DNA from: an uncultured Lentisphaerales bacterium
GTDB taxonomy: Bacteria > Verrucomicrobiota > Kiritimatiellia > RFP12 > CAYQJG01
Assembly (NCBI GenBank): GCA_964417715.1
Contig: CAYQJG010000010.1
Location: forward strand, 9,291-73,290
Direction of reading: 5' to 3'
DNA length: 64,000 nucleotides
This document shows, in pieces, positions 9,601-18,981 of this stretch (position 1 is its first letter; each line of letters begins with the position of its first letter). A program made the position numbers and the translations under genes. The notes below the pieces were generated by a model. That model ran no database searches and had not been told where the DNA came from. It worked only from the letters and a program-made list of their open reading frames with translations.

Positions 9601-12600
9601 TTAGGGTGTGCCTTGTGTCGACAGTCGCTCAAAATACGCGTTGACGAGCGACCGGTACTGCGGCGGGCACTCCTCGCGCTGTGACGAGTAGAGCCGTTTG
9701 TTGGCCTGCAGCTTCTCCCAGGCCGCATCCAGTTCGGTTCGCACCTTGCCGACGGCCGCCGCCAGGGCCAACGCCTTCTCCTTCTCTTCCTGAATGCCGC
9801 CGCCAGACTGCGCGGCCTGCAGGCGCTGCTGCAACTGTTTCACCGCTTCGGGCGTGACGAACTCGCGTTCACGCACATGCCGTTCCAGCCGGCTTGCGGT
9901 TGCGAGCGCATCCTCGGCCGCTGCGCCGCGCTCCTGGGGCGCCTCACCGGCGGGTTGCGGCTTCTGCATCTCTGCGATCTGCTTCTGAGCCTGCTCCGCC
10001 TCGCCCTTGGCCCGCCGCAGCTCCTGTTCGTGGCCCGTGGCCAGCGTGTCGGCTGCCTGTCGGATGCTGCCTTGTGCCTTCTGCAGGGCTTCGATCGCCT
10101 TCTGCTGTTCGCCCTCGGCCTCGCCCGGTTGGGCGGCCGTCAACGCAACGGTCGCGTTGACCATCTTCTGTGCCACACGACTGCGCTTCAGCTCACGGTC
10201 GGCATCCTGAACGTGCTTCGCCGTTTCGGGACGCACTTCGCCGCGATCAGCCACCTGTTTGAGGCCGGCGACCGTCTCCTGCAGGGCGTCGAGGTCATTC
10301 TTGATCTGGGCCTGGCGCTTGGCCAGCGCCTGTGATTCGCGCTGCGCCTGCGGCGGCGGCTTGGCGGCGGCGGTGTGCGTCTGATCCTTGGTCTCAACCT
10401 GCTGGCGCAACACCTTCTCGGCCTGTGCATCGGCGCGGTTGAGGGCCTCGGCGATCTGCTGCTGGCCGGTCGTATTCAACTCGTCGCGAATCGTCGTCAG
10501 GGCACGGTGCGCGGCATCGGCTTCCTGCACGGCCTTCTCCATGCGCCCCTTCTGCGTCTCCGCGGCGGCCGTGGCCATCTTGCGGGCCGCGTCGCGCATG
10601 GCTTCGGCCGTCTTCTGCCGCTGCGGCGCCTCAAGACCCGGCGCCTTCTCGACCTTGTCGGCCTCCTTGCGGACCTCCTCGGCGAGTTTGCGTTGGCTAT
10701 CGGCGTTCTGCTGCCGCTGATTCTGGTTCGCCTCCGGGTCTGGATTGGCCTGCGCCTTCTTCTCCAGCTCGCGCGCCTGGTCGGCCTGCGCCTTCTGTTT
10801 GCGGGCCAATTCGTCCAGCTTTCCCTGAACTTCGGCGGTCTGGTCGGGCTTCTCCTGTTTGCGCTCCTGCTGGGCATCGGGCTTCTGCGCCGCCGCCTGC
10901 CGTTCCAGTTGCGCCAGCGCCTGCATCTGCTGGTTGACCTGTTCGCTCGTCTCTGTCGCCTGCAACTGTGCAGCCGGTGGCGTCAGCAACTGCGCAATGT
11001 TGTCGACCAACCCCATGGCGACCATCAGCATCACGGCCTGGCGCAGCTTGTCGACGGCCGGATCGATCGTATGCGCACCGAGAGCAACGTGCCCTTCGGA
11101 TGCCAGCGCATTCACGCGGGCCATCTTGGCGGCCATATCGGGTGGCGTGTCGGCCTTCGGCGTCAGAAACTCCCAGACCTTGCCGGTGGCGGCGTTGATC
11201 ATCGCCTGGGCCAGGTCAGTCATCTGCCGGTCCATCTCGCGTGGTGCCATCTGTGCCCGCCGCGACGCGATCTGCCAGGCCGCCTGGAGGATCGCCACCA
11301 GACTCGGCGGCGTCTCCCCAGACGCGTGCGGAAGTTTGATCTCCTCAGCCGCCCAGATCTCGAAGTGTCGCACAGGCGTAACCATCAGGTCGGTCGCGGC
11401 CGTCTGCCCTTTGCGGTCGCGCACTTCCACGTGCCAGGTCAACACTTCACCGGCCTTGACGGTGGGCTGCAGACGCTCGAGTTCAAGGCGCATGGAGGCG
11501 CTGGTCTCTGCGCCCGGCGCGGCGGGTGCCAGCGCGAGCGGCAGCCGCTGCTCAGGCCCCTCGGTCTCGCCGCCACGCCGGTAGACGAACTCGGCCGCGG
11601 CCACGCCGAAGTCGTCGATCACGCTGGCATCGAGCATGATCTCGCCCAGCGGCGTGATGCTCTCCGGCACGGGCATGGGCTGCTTCAGGCTGATCGCAGG
11701 CGGATTGTCGGGCAGGATCTGCACGTACGCCGGCGACGGGCTCTCCAGCACCTGCCCCATGGCGTCTTCGATGTGGTACCGGTAAGCGCGGTTGGTGACG
11801 GCTTCGAAAACCGCAGCCGCGGCCGGTGGCGGACCCGCAACAGGGGCCAGCGGCTGTGCGGCGCCGTCTTCCCATATCAGTCGTCCGGACGTGATCGGCC
11901 GGTTGGCCACGATGCGCACCGTCAGCGTCGAACCCTTGGGCGCGGCGATGTCGCCGCTGGAGCGGCGTTCGGCCCGATCCGGCAGCGACAGGTACTCCGG
12001 GTAGTGCAGGACCGTCTCGACGCCCTCAACCACCAGCGGGTCATAGACGCGGATGCGGCAGGTGGCGCTGCGTGTGCTCTCCGCCGAGACATAACACTCC
12101 ATGTCCTCGTTGATGTCGGCCAGCACCGCCTCATAGCCATGCAACTTCTCGATGGTTTTCATGGGCAGTGCGTACCAGCGGCTCTCGTCGGCGTCTGCGG
12201 CAAAGGACCGGAAGTGAACCTGCACGGGCGTCTCAGAATCGCGCGAGAGCGCGGCTTCGAGGCGCCACGCGCTGCCGCGCAGGACGTCGACGTTCGTCTG
12301 AACCAGGACGATCTGCACCGGAGCCTTGACGGCCGCGACGGCCGCAGCCGGCACGGCCGGCCGGTCCAGGGCCCGCCACGGCGCCAGAACGCGCACCGCC
12401 TGGTGCCCAACGGTCTGCGGAAAGAGCAGGCTGGCCGCGGCGTACACGGCAACCACGACAACCGCGCTCAGCCCATACTTGCGCAGGCGGCGCACGTCGA
12501 CAACATGGCGGATGTCCAACTGGCCGGCGCGTCGCTCGGCTTCGAGCAGGATGGCGTTCACCAATGCAGGCGGCGCGGGCGCGGCGCCCGACGGCCCAAA

Positions 12601-12963
12601 CTCCGCGGCCGCCAGCAACGATCCCTCGAATCCCGGGTTCTGCTCCTCGACATAGAGCGCCACCTGCTTGTCCGGAATGGAGCGCAGCAGCGGGCGGACG
12701 ACATGGCGCACAAACAGCAGCACTAGTCCGCCGAGCAGCAGACCGGCCAGCGCCATCCGGCCTGTCAGTCCGGGACGGAACAGCAGATCGATCGGCACGA
12801 CCACGGTGATCATGCCCAGCATCTCGAGAACGGTGACCGCCAGCCCCGAGAGGGCTGCAGTGCGCTTCCAGGCCCGCCGAACACGGGCCAGCTGCGTCGC
12901 GATGGATCGATAGTCGCTCATAGGGATCTCGCTCAATGCCGCGCCGTCCGATTCGCGACCCAC
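9601..12963 (-). CDS. large membrane protein: N-terminal double-TM region, then a roughly 450-aa Q/A/E/K-rich coiled-coil, C-terminal conserved tail (1120 aa; DUF4175-like)
   Basis: Two hydrophobic helices near the N-terminus. The long low-complexity coiled-coil segment is QAAAQKPDAQQERKQEK...-like. The real start may be Met15 at 12921. Confidence 0.6.
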   Translation of the reverse strand: MGRESDGAALSEIPMSDYRSIATQLARVRRAWKRTAALSGLAVTVLEMLGMITVVVPIDLLFRPGLTGRMALAGLLLGGLVLLFVRHVVRPLLRSIPDKQVALYVEEQNPGFEGSLLAAAEFGPSGAAPAPPALVNAILLEAERRAGQLDIRHVVDVRRLRKYGLSAVVVVAVYAAASLLFPQTVGHQAVRVLAPWRALDRPAVPAAAVAAVKAPVQIVLVQTNVDVLRGSAWRLEAALSRDSETPVQVHFRSFAADADESRWYALPMKTIEKLHGYEAVLADINEDMECYVSAESTRSATCRIRVYDPLVVEGVETVLHYPEYLSLPDRAERRSSGDIAAPKGSTLTVRIVANRPITSGRLIWEDGAAQPLAPVAGPPPAAAAVFEAVTNRAYRYHIEDAMGQVLESPSPAYVQILPDNPPAISLKQPMPVPESITPLGEIMLDASVIDDFGVAAAEFVYRRGGETEGPEQRLPLALAPAAPGAETSASMRLELERLQPTVKAGEVLTWHVEVRDRKGQTAATDLMVTPVRHFEIWAAEEIKLPHASGETPPSLVAILQAAWQIASRRAQMAPREMDRQMTDLAQAMINAATGKVWEFLTPKADTPPDMAAKMARVNALASEGHVALGAHTIDPAVDKLRQAVMLMVAMGLVDNIAQLLTPPAAQLQATETSEQVNQQMQALAQLERQAAAQKPDAQQERKQEKPDQTAEVQGKLDELARKQKAQADQARELEKKAQANPDPEANQNQRQQNADSQRKLAEEVRKEADKVEKAPGLEAPQRQKTAEAMRDAARKMATAAAETQKGRMEKAVQEADAAHRALTTIRDELNTTGQQQIAEALNRADAQAEKVLRQQVETKDQTHTAAAKPPPQAQRESQALAKRQAQIKNDLDALQETVAGLKQVADRGEVRPETAKHVQDADRELKRSRVAQKMVNATVALTAAQPGEAEGEQQKAIEALQKAQGSIRQAADTLATGHEQELRRAKGEAEQAQKQIAEMQKPQPAGEAPQERGAAAEDALATASRLERHVREREFVTPEAVKQLQQRLQAAQSGGGIQEEKEKALALAAAVGKVRTELDAAWEKLQANKRLYSSQREECPPQYRSLVNAYFERLSTQGTP

Positions 12964-14954
12964 AGTTCACATGGCAGCAGCAAAGCCAACACCGCCGCCA
13001 AGGCCCACCACAACTCGCGCCCGCCGCGGCGCTTCTCGCCACCGCCCGAAGCGTGTGCGCCGCGATCATCGTTCCCCGACCGCTCGAAGGCCGCCTTCAA
13101 CTCGCCGCTCTTCATCGTCTGCGCATCGGCCTCCGCGATCGACCGGTTGACAGCATAGCACACGGACAGCGTGTTCGTTCCGGTCAGCGTGTAGAACCCG
13201 GGAGCCCAGGCCGTTGCGGCATCATCCACAGGCTTACCGTCCGCCGTCTTGAGGACGGCGCCGGCGGGCAGCGCAGGAGGCGCGTCCACGCTGAAGACCG
13301 TTCGTTCTTCGGTCTGCACGGCCAGTTGGCGCACCGTCTCGTGCAGCAACGGCAGATAGATTGCGCGTAACGGCAGATTGTTCCAGTCCAGGTCCACCGG
13401 ACTGAGCCACATCACCGCCAGCCCCTGCCCCACGGCGCGCTCCAGGATCGCCGGTCGTCCGTCATCAAACCGTGCCGGCACGCGACTGGCCTGGGACTCG
13501 CCCACTTCCCAGTAGCGTGAGAAACAGACCGTCGCGAAGTCCCCACTGTGAGGCCGCTGGAACGGCTCGAACACGGGGTGCGTGAAATCCACCTTCGCGA
13601 GCAGCCCTTCCGGCAGGCCTTCAGCCGAACGCCGCGTGAGAATGCGCCGCAGCCGGGCCGGCGCGACCGATGACCAGGTGCGCCAGAAGGCATCAGGCGT
13701 AACGGCATCGCCGGGCAGGAACAGCAAGCCGCCGCCGGCCTCCAGCCGCCGCGCAATGGCCGACACCAACGACGCATCAAGCGTCGCCACGTCGGCGAGC
13801 ACGACCACGGCTGCGGCGGCAATATCGGCTGCCGTGACGCGCCCGACAGCACGCGCCGCCACCACGAAAGGCGACCCCGCCGTCGGCCGCAGGGCGGCCT
13901 GGAGAAAGAAGGACGAACGGTCTGACGGACCGGGCTCACCGCGCCCGACCAGCAGCACCGGAATCTCGGGGATCACGCGCGCATTAAAGCGGAACAGGTT
14001 GTCGCCGGGGTCATTGTCCTCGACCAGGACGCGCACCTCACCCGGGTTGTCTCCGGGCGTGTCGATAACGCGGCGAAAGCGAACGGCGACCGACTTGGCG
14101 GCCGGCAGGCGCACGCTCTGCCGGTCGACCTCCTTGCCGGCCAACTGCAGCGTCACCGGCACGTCGGCAAGGTCGTTTGTGCCGGCGTTCGCGATGCGCA
14201 CGGTGATACTGCGCGGCTGCCCGTCGCGCACCAGGCGTTGGGGGAACTCCGCGTCGACGATCGCGACCGACATGCTGCCGGGTGCAGGCTGCAGCGGCGC
14301 CAACACCAGGCTGACGCCCGCGTCGAGCTTCCAGTCGCCGCGATAGCCGGCCAATCCCTGGCGCTGCAGGTCAGAGACCAGCACAATGTCCCGCCGGCGC
14401 GCACTGACCGCGCGCAGGGCCTCGGACGCACGGCGCAACGCGACGGCAATGTCCGTGCCGCGTTCGCCTGGCGTCAGGCGGCCGACAGCCGACTCAAGGT
14501 CGCCGGCTGACCCGCCCAACGGAAGCTCGTCGCGCACGGTCTGGTCAAATGTCAGCAGGCCGATGGCCGCGCCTGACGGCGCGTCGCGCACGGCCCGGCG
14601 CGCCTCTTCGGCCAAGGCCGGCGCGCCGCCGGCGCGAACCATTGAGGCCGAAACGTCGACGACGACCATGCGGGCGGAAGGAAAGACGGGTTTGCCGTCC
14701 ACGCCCTGCTTGACAGGAATGAAAGGCCTTGCGAACACCAGCGCCGCAAGCACGCAGGCCAGCACACGCAGCAGGATCAGCAGGAGTTCGGTGAAGCGTT
14801 TGCGGCGCAGTGTCGTTCGGGCGCCTTGCGCGAAGAAACGCAAGGTGCTGAAGGCGACGCGCCGGATGCGGTCACGCGTCAGGATGTGAATCAGGATCGG
14901 AATGGCTGCGCCCGCCAGCCCGACGAGGAACCAGGGATTGGCGAAGACATTCAT
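12933..14954 (-). CDS. BatA-like protein: aerotolerance-regulator N-terminal double-TM domain plus vWA domain (673 aa)
   Basis: N-terminus MNVFANPWFLVGLAGAAIPILIHIL matches the BatA_N signature. A vWA MIDAS motif (MVVVDVSASM) is present. Its start overlaps the DUF58 stop (ATGA). Confidence 0.7.
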   Translation of the reverse strand: MNVFANPWFLVGLAGAAIPILIHILTRDRIRRVAFSTLRFFAQGARTTLRRKRFTELLLILLRVLACVLAALVFARPFIPVKQGVDGKPVFPSARMVVVDVSASMVRAGGAPALAEEARRAVRDAPSGAAIGLLTFDQTVRDELPLGGSAGDLESAVGRLTPGERGTDIAVALRRASEALRAVSARRRDIVLVSDLQRQGLAGYRGDWKLDAGVSLVLAPLQPAPGSMSVAIVDAEFPQRLVRDGQPRSITVRIANAGTNDLADVPVTLQLAGKEVDRQSVRLPAAKSVAVRFRRVIDTPGDNPGEVRVLVEDNDPGDNLFRFNARVIPEIPVLLVGRGEPGPSDRSSFFLQAALRPTAGSPFVVAARAVGRVTAADIAAAAVVVLADVATLDASLVSAIARRLEAGGGLLFLPGDAVTPDAFWRTWSSVAPARLRRILTRRSAEGLPEGLLAKVDFTHPVFEPFQRPHSGDFATVCFSRYWEVGESQASRVPARFDDGRPAILERAVGQGLAVMWLSPVDLDWNNLPLRAIYLPLLHETVRQLAVQTEERTVFSVDAPPALPAGAVLKTADGKPVDDAATAWAPGFYTLTGTNTLSVCYAVNRSIAEADAQTMKSGELKAAFERSGNDDRGAHASGGGEKRRGGRELWWALAAVLALLLPCELWVANRTARH

Positions 14955-15847
14955 CCGATGCGGCTCCGGCGGTGCAGGTACTCACTCAAGGCCAGGTCCA
15001 GGGGCGTCTCGGTGTTGAAGAGCTTGTAGTCGGCTTTGATGCCGGCGCAGCCCTTCTCGCAGGCCGTGAGGAAACGCCGCAGTTCATCCATATACGGCCC
15101 GCGCATGCTCTCAGGAGAAACCAACTGCTTTGTGCCGGTCTCGAGATCGGTGAACTCGGTCAGCGTGTCGAACTTGAAGTGCAGTTCAGCTGGATCCATG
15201 ATGTGGAAAACGATCACGTCGTGGCCCTGAAAGCGGAAATGCTGGAGCGCGGAGAGAATCGCGGCTGGATCGTCGAGCAAGTCCGAGATCAGCACGATCA
15301 GTCCGCGGCGTTTGAGCCCTTCGGCAATCTGGTGCAGGCAGGCCGCGATGCCTGTCTGGCCGCTGGGCTTTACCCCCTCAAGTTCGGTCAGCAGGTGCTG
15401 CAGATGCGACGGCCGCAGCCGCGGCGGCAGCATGCTGCGGATGCGCTGGTCGAAGATGGTCAGCCCGGAGGCATCGCGCTGCCCCATCATGAAATAGGCC
15501 AGGCAGGCCGCCATGCGCGCGGCATAGTCGAGCTTGGTGAAGCGCCCCTCGGTCGAGCCATAGCCCATCGAGGCCGAGGCGTCGAGCAACAGGTGGCAGG
15601 TGAGGTTCGTCTCCTCCTCGAACTGCTTGATGTAGTAGCGGTCGGTCTTGGCATAGACCTTCCAATCCACGTGCTTGATCTCGTCGCCGGGCGAGTATTG
15701 GCGGTATTCGGCAAACTCAACCGAAAAGCCGCGGTACGGGCTGCGGTGGAGTCCCAGCAGGAACCCCTCGACAACTGTCCGGGCCAGCAGCTGCATGCTG
15801 TGGATGCGGCTCAGGACGTCGAAATCAAGATGTGTGGAAGCGGCCAT
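14951..15847 (-). CDS. DUF58 domain protein (MoxR-associated, vWA-like fold)
   Basis: Classic DUF58 core (SPYRGFSVEFAEYRQYSPGDEIKHVDWKVYAKTDRYYIKQFEEE...LLLDASASM). It sits immediately downstream of MoxR. Confidence 0.8.
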   Translation of the reverse strand: MAASTHLDFDVLSRIHSMQLLARTVVEGFLLGLHRSPYRGFSVEFAEYRQYSPGDEIKHVDWKVYAKTDRYYIKQFEEETNLTCHLLLDASASMGYGSTEGRFTKLDYAARMAACLAYFMMGQRDASGLTIFDQRIRSMLPPRLRPSHLQHLLTELEGVKPSGQTGIAACLHQIAEGLKRRGLIVLISDLLDDPAAILSALQHFRFQGHDVIVFHIMDPAELHFKFDTLTEFTDLETGTKQLVSPESMRGPYMDELRRFLTACEKGCAGIKADYKLFNTETPLDLALSEYLHRRSRIG

Positions 15848-15851
15848 GACA

Positions 15852-16865
15852 TCAAAGTCCCGACGCCGGCGCCTTCACTTCGTCCAACAGGCGCGTGACG
15901 ATGGCGTCGGGCTTGATGCCCTCGGACTCGGCGCGGAAGTTGGTGAGGATGCGATGGCGCAACACCGGCATGGCCACAGATCGCACGTCGGCCAACGCCA
16001 CATGCGGCCGGCCGGCCAGCGCGGCGCGCGCCTTGGCTGCCAGAACGAGATAGTGCGAGGCGCGCAGGGAGGCACCCCAGCTCACGTAGTCGCGCACGAA
16101 CGCCGGCGCCTCGGGGTGCGCCGGGCGGCTGCGCGTGGCCAGCCTGACGGCGTACTGCAGCACCGGCTCGGACACCGGCAACTGGTAGATGAGCTTCTGG
16201 AAGGCGAGCAGGTCCTGACCATGCATGCACGAGACGATATCGTCCACCTTGCCGCCGGTGGTGGCGTTGACCACCTGAATCTCCTCGTCGCGCGGCAGAT
16301 AGTCGATGAACAGGCTGAACATGAACCGGTCCTGCTGCACGGCAGGCAGCGGATACGTGCCCTCCTGCTCAATCGGGTTCTGCGTGGCCAGCACGAAGAA
16401 AGGCTCCTGCAACGGGTAGGTCACGCCGCTGACCGTGACCTGATGCTCCTGCATGGCCTCGAGCAGTGCAGCCTGCGTCTTGGGCGGCGTCCGGTTGATC
16501 TCATCCGCGAGCAGGATATTCGTGAAGATCGGCCCGGGCCGGAAACGCATGTTGCGCTTGCCGGTGGCGCGGTCCTCCTCGATCACCTCGGTGCCCGTAA
16601 TGTCGGACGGCATGAGGTCAGGCGTAAACTGCACGCGCCGGAAGGTCAGGTCGATCGCCCGTCCGAGGCTCGATATGAGCAACGTCTTGGCCAGGCCTGG
16701 CACGCCGGTGATGAGGCAGTTGCCGCCCACAAAGAAGGCGGTGACGACGTCGCGGACGACGGCCTCCTGACCGACGATGACCTTGCGGATCTCGCTCAGG
16801 ATGCGCGTCTGCGCCGCGCCCAGTTCGGCAATTGCCGCGGCATTGAGTGTGGCGTCCTTGTTCAT
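15852..16865 (-). CDS. MoxR-family AAA+ ATPase (copy 1)
   Basis: GVPGLAKT Walker A. The LADEINR Walker B region and the PPKTQAALLEAMQE motif are typical of MoxR. Confidence 0.9.
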   Translation of the reverse strand: MNKDATLNAAAIAELGAAQTRILSEIRKVIVGQEAVVRDVVTAFFVGGNCLITGVPGLAKTLLISSLGRAIDLTFRRVQFTPDLMPSDITGTEVIEEDRATGKRNMRFRPGPIFTNILLADEINRTPPKTQAALLEAMQEHQVTVSGVTYPLQEPFFVLATQNPIEQEGTYPLPAVQQDRFMFSLFIDYLPRDEEIQVVNATTGGKVDDIVSCMHGQDLLAFQKLIYQLPVSEPVLQYAVRLATRSRPAHPEAPAFVRDYVSWGASLRASHYLVLAAKARAALAGRPHVALADVRSVAMPVLRHRILTNFRAESEGIKPDAIVTRLLDEVKAPASGL

Positions 16866-17884
16866 GCGGCTCCCCCGGTGGCGGATGGCGCGGGAACGTG
16901 CGCCAGTACGCGCCGGATGATCTCATCGATGGTGATGCGGTCGACCTCGGCGCGGAAAGACAGCCCAATGCGGTGACGCATCACGGGGTGCACGACCGCG
17001 CGGACATCCTCGATATCAACCGTCCGATGCCCATTCTGCGCCGCACGCGACTTGGCGGCCAGCGCGATATTCTGGCTGGCGCGCAACCCGGCCCCCCAGA
17101 CGACGTATTCGCGCACGAACGCCGGCGCGGACGGATCGGCCGGCCGCGTGGCGGCGACCAGATCGACGATGTACTGTCCCAGGGCCGGCGGCAGCGTGAT
17201 CGAGCGGATCGTCCCCGAGAACGCCATCAAGTCGGCCGCGCCGACAACCTTGTGCAGCTCGGCCTGCTCGGCGCTGGTGGTCCGGCGCACAACGGCGAGT
17301 TCGTCCGATTCCGCCAGCTCTTCCATGCGGATCGAGAACATGAAGCGGTCCTGCTGCGCCTCGGGCAACGGATAGGCGCCCTCCTGCTCCATGGTGATCT
17401 GCGTGGCGAGTACGAAGAACGGTTCGGGCAGCGGGTGGGTATGACCGCCCAACGTCACCTGGCGCTCCTGCATGACCTCCAGCAGCGCGGCCTGCGTCTT
17501 GGGAGGCGTGCGGTTGATCTCGTCCGCCATCAGGACATTGGTGAAGACGGGCCCGCGCACGAACTTGGCGACGCGGTGCCCCGAATCGTCCTGTTCCAGA
17601 ATCTCGGTGCCCGAGATGTCGGCTGGCATCAGGTCGGGCGTGAACTGGATCCGCTTGAACTCCAAATCCATGACCCGCGCCACAGAGGCAACGAGAATGG
17701 TCTTGGCCGAGGCCAGCGGCCCCTGAATCAGGCAGTGGCCACGTGCGAACATGGCGGTCAGCAACTGCTCCATGGGGGCCTGTTGGCCGACAATCACCTT
17801 GCGCAATTCGGCCAGCACCGCTTCACGAGCCTTCTGGATACGGTCCAGCGCAGCATCCGGCGCGGCAGTGGAATCGTGCGTCAT
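16862..17884 (-). CDS. MoxR-family AAA+ ATPase (copy 2, divergent P-loop QGPLASAKT)
   Basis: Paralogous to copy 1 (MADEINRTPPKTQAALLEVMQERQVT). Its stop overlaps the ATG of copy 1. Confidence 0.85.
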   Translation of the reverse strand: MTHDSTAAPDAALDRIQKAREAVLAELRKVIVGQQAPMEQLLTAMFARGHCLIQGPLASAKTILVASVARVMDLEFKRIQFTPDLMPADISGTEILEQDDSGHRVAKFVRGPVFTNVLMADEINRTPPKTQAALLEVMQERQVTLGGHTHPLPEPFFVLATQITMEQEGAYPLPEAQQDRFMFSIRMEELAESDELAVVRRTTSAEQAELHKVVGAADLMAFSGTIRSITLPPALGQYIVDLVAATRPADPSAPAFVREYVVWGAGLRASQNIALAAKSRAAQNGHRTVDIEDVRAVVHPVMRHRIGLSFRAEVDRITIDEIIRRVLAHVPAPSATGGAA

Positions 17885-18358
17885 AGCCAGTCACTCCAAC
17901 CCCACAGACGGTCCCAAGACAGGCGGCTCCGCGGCGTTTCATTAATGTAAGCAAATACCGTGCCATCGCGTCGATGGGCGCGTTCGACCGTAGGCCTGGC
18001 CACTTTTGGCCGATGGTCCGCAGTACGCCTCGCGTCGTGCTCCAAAGGGCCCGCGGGGGTGGTGCAATCCGTCCCGACGACCGAGTCGATCAAACCGCGA
18101 CGTGCCGGAGCGGCGCACACGCATCGCCAGCCTGTGCGCACACGAGTATGCAACTACCTGGTCACACGCGGCCAAAGTGCGGTAGCTGGGACACGGTGCA
18201 CGCGTCGGCACGCGCCCCCGCGAACGAGACGATGCAGGACGTTCGAAAGTCTACGGTTTTCAGCGCGGACCCCATGTTGTAACATCCCGCCATCAGAAAC
18301 GGTGTGCCCGGTGCCTCCGGCACGTGGACGCGCCCGTTTAAGTTCGAAAGGTGGGGGC
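17885..18358. promoter_or_regulatory. 474-bp divergent intergenic region between the MoxR operon (-) and the V-ATPase operon (+); presumed bidirectional promoters and atpE 5'UTR
   Basis: This is the only sizeable non-coding stretch in the window. The ORFs predicted inside it (17974..18282 and others) are compositionally implausible. Confidence 0.3.
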
Positions 18359-18973
18359 ATGACTCAGGACCTGCAGCAGCTCCTTGAGACGATCCAACGC
18401 GAGGGTGTGGACAAGGCGCGTGCCGAAGCCGATGCCATCGTGACCGCGGCACGCGTGCAGGCGGGCGCTATCGTCGCCGACGCCGAACGTCAGGCGGGCG
18501 AAGCTCACGAAGCCGCCCGGCGCGACGCGGTGACCTTCGAGCAACGGTCGTCTGACGCCGTCCGACAGGCTGCGCGCGATCTGATGCTGGGTGTCGAGCG
18601 CGAAGTGACCGAACTACTGACCCAGGTCCTGGTGAACGACGTCAAGAGCGCACTGGCCGACCCGACGCGCCTGGCCCTACTGGCGGAGGAGGCCGTACGG
18701 GCCTATCTGGCCGGCGGCGACGGCGCCGTGCACGTGCTGCTCGGGGCCAAGTCGGCGCAGGTCGTCGACATCCTGCGCAGCCGTCTGGCGCAGGTTGCCG
18801 GCGCGTCCAAGGGCGTGACGGTCGAAGTAGACGCGTCCGGCTCGGTCGCAACCACCGGCTTCCGGGTCCGCCTGTCAGGCGGACGCATTGAGCACGATTT
18901 CACCGCCACGGCCATCGCCGAGTCGATCGCGCGTCATGTCCGTCCTCAGCTGGCCGCGCTGCTGCGGGACTGA
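18359..18973 (+). CDS. atpE: V-type ATP synthase subunit E
   Basis: 204-aa A/E/R-rich helical protein (MTQDLQQLLETIQREGVDKARAEADAIV...) at the first position of the V-ATPase operon. Internal Met134 of track ORF 17960..18973. Confidence 0.8.
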   Translation: MTQDLQQLLETIQREGVDKARAEADAIVTAARVQAGAIVADAERQAGEAHEAARRDAVTFEQRSSDAVRQAARDLMLGVEREVTELLTQVLVNDVKSALADPTRLALLAEEAVRAYLAGGDGAVHVLLGAKSAQVVDILRSRLAQVAGASKGVTVEVDASGSVATTGFRVRLSGGRIEHDFTATAIAESIARHVRPQLAALLRD

Positions 18974-18981
18974 CGGGCAGA

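Noticed and set aside
7435-9684. 749-aa plus-strand ORF antisense to the vWA/GATase gene. Similar long antisense ORFs are 10375..12726, 4771..6060, 34003..35661, 37865..39916, 39921..41339, 52758..54386, 59782..61215, 23410..24882 and 19313..19996.
   Set aside because: Their translations are Arg/Ala/Gly/Pro-rich and low-complexity with no recognisable domains. The opposite strand in every case encodes a confidently identified protein (vWA, V-ATPase, nspC pathway, GH4, EtfB/FabV, OadB, etc.). These are typical of stop-codon-poor antisense frames in high-GC DNA.
17974-18282. 102-aa ORF inside the MoxR/V-ATPase divergent intergenic region
   Set aside because: No homology-like features, odd composition, and it sits in the expected promoter/5'UTR region. 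Unlikely to be coding.
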